In this document: positions 17,748 through 24,188 of the stretch, piece after piece
Numbering within the stretch: position 1 is the stretch's first letter
Layout of the letters: the number at the start of each line of letters is the position of its first letter
From: a virus
Taxonomy: Duplodnaviria > Caudoviricetes
Reading direction: 5' to 3' (one strand)
DNA: 30,281 nucleotides
IMG/VR virus record: IMGVR_UViG_3300027808_000110
Coordinates: 1 to 30,281 of that record
Notes under the pieces: model-generated
The model's database searches: none
What the model saw: the letters and a program-made list of their open reading frames with translations, nothing else
What the model was told of the DNA's origin: nothing
Position numbers and translations under genes: made by a program

Positions 17748-18308
17748 ATGATAGCAATCTGCATAGGGCATAGCCGGAAGATTGGCGGACGATACGATGG
17801 CGGGGCTTACTCCGATGCGCTTAAAATTAATGAGCGCGAGTTTAACTTAAAGGTCGCAAGTGAATTGTCAGCTAAACTGGCATCCCGAGGTATCCGCAAC
17901 AAGATTATCGACCAATACGGCGGCAATGGCTACGGCTCGGCAATGGCAGATGTTGCTAGGCAGGTTAAAGACATTAGGGCATCATTGGCTATCGAGCTGC
18001 ATTTCAACTCGGCATCTACAGACGCTAACGGGCATGAATGGCTTTATTGGCATTCCTCAACGATTGGCGAAAAGGTAGCTGGTAAGTTTGATGCCGAGTT
18101 TTCCAAGGAGTTCCCGACCATCAAAAGACGCGGTTTGAAGGCGATTACCAAAAAGGATCGTGGCGGTAAATTCTTAGAGCTTACGCATTGCCCTGCGATC
18201 ATCCTAGAGCCGTTCTTTGGATCCTCTGTGGCAGATTGTGCCAAAATCAACCTAGGCGGGCTTACAGAGGCTTATACGCGAGCAATTCAACAATGTGTAT
18301 CACCATGA
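17748..18308 (+). CDS. Endolysin, N-acetylmuramoyl-L-alanine amidase (Amidase_3)
   Basis: IAICIGH, E-x-x-F-N, IELHFNS and PAIILEPFF Zn-binding and catalytic motifs; no cell-wall-binding domain. Confidence 0.92.
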   Translation: MIAICIGHSRKIGGRYDGGAYSDALKINEREFNLKVASELSAKLASRGIRNKIIDQYGGNGYGSAMADVARQVKDIRASLAIELHFNSASTDANGHEWLYWHSSTIGEKVAGKFDAEFSKEFPTIKRRGLKAITKKDRGGKFLELTHCPAIILEPFFGSSVADCAKINLGGLTEAYTRAIQQCVSP

Positions 18309-18589
18309 GACTACCACGTTCAGTAAAAATAGCCGGGCAATCCATCAAAATCAAAGTTGGCAAATTAGAGGAAGCATACGGACAATACGAGCATGACAAC
18401 CGGGCTATCTGGATTTCCAATACGATCAAAGACGAGCGGGTCATCATCACAACTTTACGGCACGAAATACTTGAGGCATCACTACTTATATCTGGCGTTG
18501 GCTGGCTTGAGAAATACGATCAAGAGGCAATCGTCAGATGCGTTGACGAGATATTCTGGCCCGCTTGGGAATCATTAAACTTAAACTAA
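18305..18589 (+). CDS. Small zincin-like protein with a variant HExxE motif
   Basis: ATG 18305 (ATGA overlap); YGQY...IWIS...TLRHEILEA...QEAIV resembles minimal HExxH metalloprotease domains. Confidence 0.55.
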   Translation: MRLPRSVKIAGQSIKIKVGKLEEAYGQYEHDNRAIWISNTIKDERVIITTLRHEILEASLLISGVGWLEKYDQEAIVRCVDEIFWPAWESLNLN

Positions 18590-18590
18590 T

Positions 18591-19316
18591 ATGGCTTGGG
18601 AGAAATCAATATTTATGGCTGACTCTCACGGCGATCTGGTCTGCCCAAAAGCAATCAAGGTTTTCAAGTCATTCATGGAGGAATGGAAGCCCAAGATCAA
18701 AGTCCATTTGGGCGATGTCTGGGACTTTAGAGCGATCCGCCGAGGAGCTGGGCCGGAGGAACGCGCGGAGGGCATACGCTACGATTTTAACTGCGGAATG
18801 GAGCTTTTGGATTGGTATCGCCCGGACTATTTAACCCTTGGCAATCATTGCCATCGTTTATGGCGAGCAGCCGGTGAGACAAGCAACGGAGTTTTGGCTG
18901 ATCTATGCGCCCAGAAAGCGCAGGAAACTGAAGACGAGCTGCGTAAAATGCGGATCAAATGGATCCCTTGGAAAGTGACCGAGCGGTTCAAGATCGGAAA
19001 ACTCACATTGATTCACGGCTTCCATTCATCAATGCACCCGGCTAAAGCGCACCACGAAAAATACGGTTCGTGCATATTCGGTCACGTCCATGCCCCGAAC
19101 GATTACGAGGCACGGCATATTGACGGCGGCAGTTCTCACGCTATCGGGACAATGGCACAGATTGACAAAATGTCTTACGCCGATGCTTACACCGCAAAGC
19201 TAGGCTGGAGGCAGGGCTTCGCATACGGACTACACAACACGAAAACAGGAGACTTCAAGATATGGCAAATAACAAGAAACGGATCGGATTGGGTCAGCCC
19301 GCACGGGATACTCTAA
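18591..19316 (+). CDS. Calcineurin-like metallophosphoesterase
   Basis: All five motifs are present: DSH, GDVWD, GNH, HG, GHVH. Confidence 0.9.
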   Translation: MAWEKSIFMADSHGDLVCPKAIKVFKSFMEEWKPKIKVHLGDVWDFRAIRRGAGPEERAEGIRYDFNCGMELLDWYRPDYLTLGNHCHRLWRAAGETSNGVLADLCAQKAQETEDELRKMRIKWIPWKVTERFKIGKLTLIHGFHSSMHPAKAHHEKYGSCIFGHVHAPNDYEARHIDGGSSHAIGTMAQIDKMSYADAYTAKLGWRQGFAYGLHNTKTGDFKIWQITRNGSDWVSPHGIL

Positions 19317-19537
19317 GTGCCTTGGATCGGGCTTTACTCGACCTGGCACTAGATACCCAAGAAAAGCAGCCAGATGAGTTTACAATCAAAGACCTTGTTG
19401 AGTCAACTAACGGCACTTTGCAATATAGCGCGATGAAGGTTAGAGCGCAAAAAATGGTTAAAGACGGCAAATGGAAGGTTCGCGTCTTAAGAGGGGCGAA
19501 GTATTATAGCCAAGCGTTACAAAATGTAACGGTTTGA
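19262..19537 (+). CDS. Hypothetical protein, possible winged-helix
   Basis: 91 aa; FTIKDL...AQKMVKDGKWKVR...YY pattern resembles a wHTH; overlaps the phosphoesterase end. Confidence 0.5.
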   Translation: MANNKKRIGLGQPARDTLSALDRALLDLALDTQEKQPDEFTIKDLVESTNGTLQYSAMKVRAQKMVKDGKWKVRVLRGAKYYSQALQNVTV

Positions 19538-19560
19538 ATCTTTTTTGCTTTTTCTGCATT

Positions 19561-19594
19561 TTTTGCTTCCCATTTCGTAAACGAAAGGTTTAAT
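19561..19594 (+). promoter_or_regulatory. Promoter/operator copy 1 (TAAAC-N5-GTTTA)
   Basis: 25/34 nt identical to 23793-23826; palindrome at 19578-19592. Confidence 0.6.
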
Positions 19595-19600
19595 CGCGAT

Positions 19601-19852
19601 ATGACCCATACAGTCTACTACATAAAACCCGAAGCGGCTATCGTTTGCAAAATCTGCAAACAATCACGCAACGTCAGCGCACCGGAACTAACGATGACGC
19701 TTGACGAGGTGAGGAACATCACGGCATCTGATATTCTGGAAGCCATCACCGAGCGGCAAAAGATCGACGGCTGGCATCACGATTATTGCCCGCGCTGCAC
19801 CACTAATAACGCGGCCCGCATTGCCGAGGAAGAACTAGACGAACAAATTTAA
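19601..19852 (+). CDS. Hypothetical Zn-binding protein
   Basis: 83 aa with CKIC and CPRC pairs. Confidence 0.65.
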   Translation: MTHTVYYIKPEAAIVCKICKQSRNVSAPELTMTLDEVRNITASDILEAITERQKIDGWHHDYCPRCTTNNAARIAEEELDEQI

Positions 19853-19854
19853 AC

Positions 19855-20064
19855 ATGAACTACCAACACATACTAGAACAAGACAAGAACGAGCGGAAAC
19901 ATCTTCGCTTTGTTAAAGCAATCCACGATCAAGATGGTCACACTTATCCTGCTTTATCCTTGCCGGAAAATTGGGAGAATGTCCGCCATGTTGTCGGCAA
20001 TCTTTACTTTGCTTGGGATGAAGATCCTCTGCTTGGTCAGATTTACCTTGCCGAGTATGATTGA
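19855..20064 (+). CDS. Hypothetical protein
   Basis: 69 aa ORF packed tightly in the operon. Confidence 0.6.
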   Translation: MNYQHILEQDKNERKHLRFVKAIHDQDGHTYPALSLPENWENVRHVVGNLYFAWDEDPLLGQIYLAEYD

Positions 20065-20101
20065 GCGGAAAAGTGGTAACGAATACAACTAACCTATAAA
20101 A

Positions 20102-21307
20102 ATGTGGATACTACCAAAATCAATCATATCAGTTTATGTGCCGGATACGGCGGCATTGATCTCGGACTTAGCCGAGCAATCCCAAATCTGCGAACAATCG
20201 CTTTTAGCGAGATCGAAGCCTTCGCTTGCGCGAACTTGGTCGCAAAAATGGAAGCGGGACTCTTGGACGCAGCTCCTATCTGGACGAATCTTAAAACCTT
20301 CCCATGGTCAGAGTTTTGTGACAAAGTGGACATCCTCTCTGGAGGTTATCCCTGTCAACCATTCTCCGCAGCAGGAAAGCGACTTGGAAAAGAAGACCCA
20401 AGACACCTTTGGCCGTGGATCGCAGATGGAATTAGAATTATGCGCCCCAGAATCTGCTTCTTTGAAAATGTCGAAGGACACATCAGCCTTGGACTCAGAG
20501 AAGTCATCAGCGAACTGGAAAGCCTTGGTTATCAAACGACGTGGGGAATATTCTCAGCGCGTGAAGTCGGCGCACCTCACCAACGTAAGCGAGTGTTCAT
20601 CTTGGCCCACCGCAAAAGCGAGGGATTGGAAGGATACGATGGGTTGCTCGCTAGATGCTACGAATCCAGACGGGACTCATCGGAACAGGAGGGACAGGCT
20701 GGTTGGAGCAATAGTTGCGGAAATGCATGGCCAAGCCGCCCCGGTCAACCCCAGCACGGATGGGAGCCGCCTAGAGTCGTGGGCAACTCCAAGCACAATG
20801 GATCACATCAATGTAGTGAGGAAACCAGAGGATCGATCATCCGCAGCGAACAAAGGGGGATGCAAGAATCTGAGGGAGGAAGTTCATCAATGGGCGACAC
20901 CAAACACGATGGATCACTTGGACTGCCGGAGTGCAGAGGGAGTCATCAAGATTGCAACAGGAGCGAGGAAGGGACGATCAATGCCATCGAATCTGAGGGA
21001 GCAGGTAGATCCGCAGACTGTGGATATTTACCAGAAAACCAAGGAGGAGTCATGGGCAACTCCACAGACGAGAGATCATCGGAGCGGAGATACAGAGAGA
21101 TTCCAGAATCCAGATCGAAGCAAAAACCTAAACGATCAGATGCCAGTCCCGAACGGCAAACTAAACCCTCGCTGGGTGGAGACGCTGATGGGGCTACCGA
21201 TCGGATGGGTCATGCCGAGCTGTTCATTACCTCTGACAATCGCACCGACGAACTGCGACTGCTTGGCAACGGAGTTGTCCCTGCAACAGCAACCAGAGCT
21301 TTTATAG
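20102..21307 (+). CDS. Overlapping alternate-frame methyltransferase chain (beta-like)
   Basis: 401 codons open across the MTase; contains LNPRWVETLMGLPIGW (motif IX-like) and four W-[PA]-T-[PA] repeats. Confidence 0.7.
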   Translation: MWILPKSIISVYVPDTAALISDLAEQSQICEQSLLARSKPSLARTWSQKWKRDSWTQLLSGRILKPSHGQSFVTKWTSSLEVIPVNHSPQQESDLEKKTQDTFGRGSQMELELCAPESASLKMSKDTSALDSEKSSANWKALVIKRRGEYSQRVKSAHLTNVSECSSWPTAKARDWKDTMGCSLDATNPDGTHRNRRDRLVGAIVAEMHGQAAPVNPSTDGSRLESWATPSTMDHINVVRKPEDRSSAANKGGCKNLREEVHQWATPNTMDHLDCRSAEGVIKIATGARKGRSMPSNLREQVDPQTVDIYQKTKEESWATPQTRDHRSGDTERFQNPDRSKNLNDQMPVPNGKLNPRWVETLMGLPIGWVMPSCSLPLTIAPTNCDCLATELSLQQQPELL

Positions 21308-21336
21308 TCCTTATCAATCAACTACTAAACCAATAA
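20104..21336 (+). CDS. DNA (cytosine-5) methyltransferase, catalytic (alpha-like) chain
   Basis: GTG start; motif I SLCAGYGG, IV GYPCQPFS, VI ENV, VIII HQRKRVFI, X LRLLGNGVVP; no motif IX seen in this frame. Confidence 0.92.
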   Translation: MDTTKINHISLCAGYGGIDLGLSRAIPNLRTIAFSEIEAFACANLVAKMEAGLLDAAPIWTNLKTFPWSEFCDKVDILSGGYPCQPFSAAGKRLGKEDPRHLWPWIADGIRIMRPRICFFENVEGHISLGLREVISELESLGYQTTWGIFSAREVGAPHQRKRVFILAHRKSEGLEGYDGLLARCYESRRDSSEQEGQAGWSNSCGNAWPSRPGQPQHGWEPPRVVGNSKHNGSHQCSEETRGSIIRSEQRGMQESEGGSSSMGDTKHDGSLGLPECRGSHQDCNRSEEGTINAIESEGAGRSADCGYLPENQGGVMGNSTDERSSERRYREIPESRSKQKPKRSDASPERQTKPSLGGDADGATDRMGHAELFITSDNRTDELRLLGNGVVPATATRAFIVLINQLLNQ

Positions 21337-21340
21337 CATT

Positions 21341-21553
21341 ATGCCACTAGACGAAGACCTGCGCCGATATACGGCCCCACCAGACGAATACGGATCTGAT
21401 CCTAACGAGTATTACTCGGCTCATTTGATACACTACATTTATCAAATGATTCCCGATCACGATAGAGCTTATGAAATTCATGAGGTCATTGAAATACTTC
21501 AATACGCAATAAGATACATTAACGACGAGGAAATCGGAATTGATATGATATGA
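21341..21553 (+). CDS. Hypothetical acidic protein
   Basis: 70 aa, ATGA-coupled to the next gene. Confidence 0.6.
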   Translation: MPLDEDLRRYTAPPDEYGSDPNEYYSAHLIHYIYQMIPDHDRAYEIHEVIEILQYAIRYINDEEIGIDMI

Positions 21554-21753
21554 ACAAAGGACTTGAATCAACTCCAACAGTAAAAGACGCTCACAGTCCT
21601 GCCGGGCAACCATTCTATGCTCCACGGTCGTTCGCTGAGATGCCAGACTGCCCGTTTTGCCGATACGGAACGCCGATCAAACGTGATGAACGATGGGTTT
21701 GTATTGATTGCGGAAACTTTATGACCGAGAATCAAATTATTAAAGCACCATGA
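21550..21753 (+). CDS. Zn-ribbon protein
   Basis: CPFC...CIDCG. Confidence 0.65.
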   Translation: MNKGLESTPTVKDAHSPAGQPFYAPRSFAEMPDCPFCRYGTPIKRDERWVCIDCGNFMTENQIIKAP

Positions 21754-21989
21754 GCGTCCATACCAACACCCAAAAACGAGCAATCGCCAAAGCTAAAAAA
21801 CGCATATCCGACATGATTTATTGTGGTGGATTTAACTGGCAATTTACAATCGACGGGCAATACACTCAGCCATGCCCATTCAAATCAAGCCAAACCAGAC
21901 GGGCCGAAAAACTTATCGATTTCGCTAGACTTGAACTAGGTTTGCCACCAACCGAATACAAGGGTGGTAACTGGAGAAACTATCTCTGA
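21750..21989 (+). CDS. Hypothetical basic protein
   Basis: 79 aa, ATGA-coupled to the previous gene. Confidence 0.6.
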   Translation: MSVHTNTQKRAIAKAKKRISDMIYCGGFNWQFTIDGQYTQPCPFKSSQTRRAEKLIDFARLELGLPPTEYKGGNWRNYL

Positions 21990-22014
21990 ACAAACAACAA
22001 ACGAAACTAATAAA

Positions 22015-22416
22015 ATGGAAAAACAATTCACAGGCAAAGTTAGCCAGATGAAACAAGCAAGTAAGTTCCTGGCTTCCGAGGATTTTCTCGGACTGGGAGA
22101 TATCGATGTCACGATCACCGGCATCTACGAACACGCAGATGAGGTGATGCAAGACGGCAAGAAAAAATCGTTTTACTCAATCGGGTTTAACGATAAACCG
22201 AAACGAATGGTTCTAAACGCAACCAATCGCAAAACACTTGCGGCTTGTTTCGGCGCGGATACCAAAAACTGGATCGGAAAGAACATCCAAATCTACGTCA
22301 AGGATGGCATCAGAAACCCAGCTGGTGGAGATGCCGTTTGCGGACTGCGTATCAAAGCCAAACCCGATCTAGCATTACTCAGAGCCAAACGTGCCGAAAT
22401 GGGAGGTGAAGCATGA
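22015..22416 (+). CDS. Putative ssDNA-binding/annealing protein of the recombination module
   Basis: ATG 22015; MVLNATN...G-x-D-T-x-x-W-I-G-K-x-I pattern seen in phage proteins next to RecE-like nucleases. Function is inferred from context. Confidence 0.5.
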   Translation: MEKQFTGKVSQMKQASKFLASEDFLGLGDIDVTITGIYEHADEVMQDGKKKSFYSIGFNDKPKRMVLNATNRKTLAACFGADTKNWIGKNIQIYVKDGIRNPAGGDAVCGLRIKAKPDLALLRAKRAEMGGEA

Positions 22417-23270
22417 AATCCTACCCAGAAAACGGAATTTATCACGGGCTGCCATTTTCGCTTTACCGGGGAGACGACGTAAACCCATCCGATACGATTG
22501 AAACCGTCAAAGATAAAGCCGTCTCAAAGTCGATGATTTGCAGTTTCATTGAGGATCCAGGTGCATGGAAATACTATGCCAAACCCAAGGCAACCACCGC
22601 AATGAAGGCTGGCAGCCTGCTCGATACGCTCTTAACCGAGCCGCTGGAATTCAAAAACCGATACATCATGTCTGAACACGATGAGTTTAGGACTAATGCT
22701 GCCAAAGAATGGAAAGCACAAGCCGAAGCATCTGGTTTGGTTGTCCTAAAGCAATCCGAGCTTGAATGCGCTCAGATGCAGCTAATGGCGATCAAATCCA
22801 AGCCACAGGCTGCTGCGATACTCGATGGCGCACAGTTCCAAGTCGCATTCCGGCACAAGACAAAATACCCGTTTGCTTGTAAAGGTCTGATCGACATCCT
22901 GCCAAGCGATGGCGAGACAATCGTTGACCTTAAAACCTGCGCTCCGTCTGCGTTGGAATCCAAGCGATCATTGCAGCAATACATTTATAAATGGATGTAT
23001 CACGTGCAGGCTGGGTGCTACACCGATGGCTACGCATTGGCTAGTGGTGATGAGAGAACCCGGTTCAAGTTTATTTTTGTGACCTCGGCCGCACCGTTCA
23101 AAGTCGCAATCGTCGAATTGCCATATTCAGCTATTTCTTTGGGCGCGGAAACTTATCGTAAAGGCTTAAAACTTTACGCCGAATGCCTTGAAACCGGCAT
23201 ATTCCCGTCCATGTGGGATGGCGAGGTTGAACTCGACATACCTCAATACGGTTACAATGAAACCGAGTAA
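22413..23270 (+). CDS. PD-(D/E)xK exonuclease, RecE/DUF3799-like
   Basis: AMKAGSLLD, KGLID, IVDLKT, YHVQAGCY and FKFIFV motifs. Confidence 0.88.
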   Translation: MKSYPENGIYHGLPFSLYRGDDVNPSDTIETVKDKAVSKSMICSFIEDPGAWKYYAKPKATTAMKAGSLLDTLLTEPLEFKNRYIMSEHDEFRTNAAKEWKAQAEASGLVVLKQSELECAQMQLMAIKSKPQAAAILDGAQFQVAFRHKTKYPFACKGLIDILPSDGETIVDLKTCAPSALESKRSLQQYIYKWMYHVQAGCYTDGYALASGDERTRFKFIFVTSAAPFKVAIVELPYSAISLGAETYRKGLKLYAECLETGIFPSMWDGEVELDIPQYGYNETE

Positions 23271-23297
23271 ATTCACAATCCATAATAACAAAAAACA

Positions 23298-23582
23298 ATG
23301 ATAATTAGAGCAAGCATCAACACAGTAAAAATTGATAAGTCGGCAATGATCGACGGCAAGCAAGGGAAATACATCGCTTTCACCCTGCTTGAAAACCGAG
23401 ACGGCGAAGATCAATACGGCAACAATTTCATGATTGTCCAAGACATCGGCAAAGAACGTCGTGAGGCCGGAGAGAAAGGAGCCATCCTCGGTAACGGTAA
23501 GTTTGTCGGAGGTGGTAACGCACCTGCTCCGGCTAATCCTGTCCCCCAGTTGTCAGATGACGACGACAATGTTCCGTTCTGA
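23298..23582 (+). CDS. SSB-like protein
   Basis: 94 aa; GKQGKY, DQYGN and ILGNGK core plus an acidic DDDDNVPF C-terminus typical of SSBs. Confidence 0.65.
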   Translation: MIIRASINTVKIDKSAMIDGKQGKYIAFTLLENRDGEDQYGNNFMIVQDIGKERREAGEKGAILGNGKFVGGGNAPAPANPVPQLSDDDDNVPF

Positions 23583-23583
23583 C

Positions 23584-23754
23584 ATGACAGCTGAACAATA
23601 CAAATCCACTCGGCAATGGCTGGGGCTTACTCAGCGCGAATTAGCAGCTCAATGCGGAGTAACGACCAAGACTATTTCCGAACGTGAAAGAGGTCTTGTT
23701 AAAATCGGAAAAGAGGCAGAAATGGTTGTTTTGAAGCTGATAAAACAAAAATAA
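23584..23754 (+). CDS. XRE/Cro-like helix-turn-helix regulator
   Basis: ATG 23584; R-x-x-LGLTQRELAAQCGVTTKTISERERG is a classic XRE HTH; 56 aa. Confidence 0.85.
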   Translation: MTAEQYKSTRQWLGLTQRELAAQCGVTTKTISERERGLVKIGKEAEMVVLKLIKQK

Positions 23755-23757
23755 AAC

Positions 23758-23800
23758 AAGGTGCTGGAGGCTTTTTTAGGTTTCCAGCACCTTTTTACTT
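23758..23800 (+). terminator. Rho-independent terminator
   Basis: AAGGTGCTGGA...TCCAGCACCTT stem followed by TTTACTT. Confidence 0.75.
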
Positions 23801-23826
23801 CACAATCGTTAAACATAAGGTTTAGT
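23793..23826 (+). promoter_or_regulatory. Promoter/operator copy 2 (TAAAC-N5-GTTTA)
   Basis: TTCACA-16 nt-TTTAGT; palindrome at 23810-23824; matches 19561-19594. Confidence 0.6.
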
Positions 23827-23842
23827 TGAACCACACACACCC

Positions 23843-23965
23843 ATGAAAACAAAAAGAATAATCAAAACCATCATCATGCTCATCGACAACATCAGCATCG
23901 GAATGCTCTGGGCATTTGCAATCGCTGCTCTTGCTTTTGCAATTTGGAGAGAATTAACCAGATAA
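23843..23965 (+). CDS. Small membrane protein (not in the ORF track)
   Basis: MKTKRIIKTIIMLIDNISIGMLWAFAIAALAFAIWRELTR, 40 aa with one transmembrane segment. Confidence 0.6.
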   Translation: MKTKRIIKTIIMLIDNISIGMLWAFAIAALAFAIWRELTR

Positions 23966-23969
23966 AAAC

Positions 23970-24188
23970 ATGATCATTACCACAACTCTAATTGCCGGGC
24001 TTTTATTGTTTACGCTTCAAATCGTTTTTCACGAGATACATCAACAGATAGAACGCATCAAAACCGAGCTTGAACCGCTTACCAAAGACGGCGGGATGTA
24101 TCCGAAAGCAAAACCGATTGAGCTTGCAGATTTGACAAGAAAACTATCGACAAAATCCGCTCCGCTTTACCACGTCATTCAAAGATGA
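23970..24188 (+). CDS. Small protein with an N-terminal hydrophobic segment
   Basis: 72 aa; ATGA overlap with the helicase. Confidence 0.6.
   Translation: MIITTTLIAGLLLFTLQIVFHEIHQQIERIKTELEPLTKDGGMYPKAKPIELADLTRKLSTKSAPLYHVIQR

Noticed and set aside
20102-21336. Methyltransferase as a frameshifted pseudogene or assembly error
   Set aside because: Both frames are open end to end and the catalytic frame holds both motif VIII and motif X; a single indel cannot explain this.
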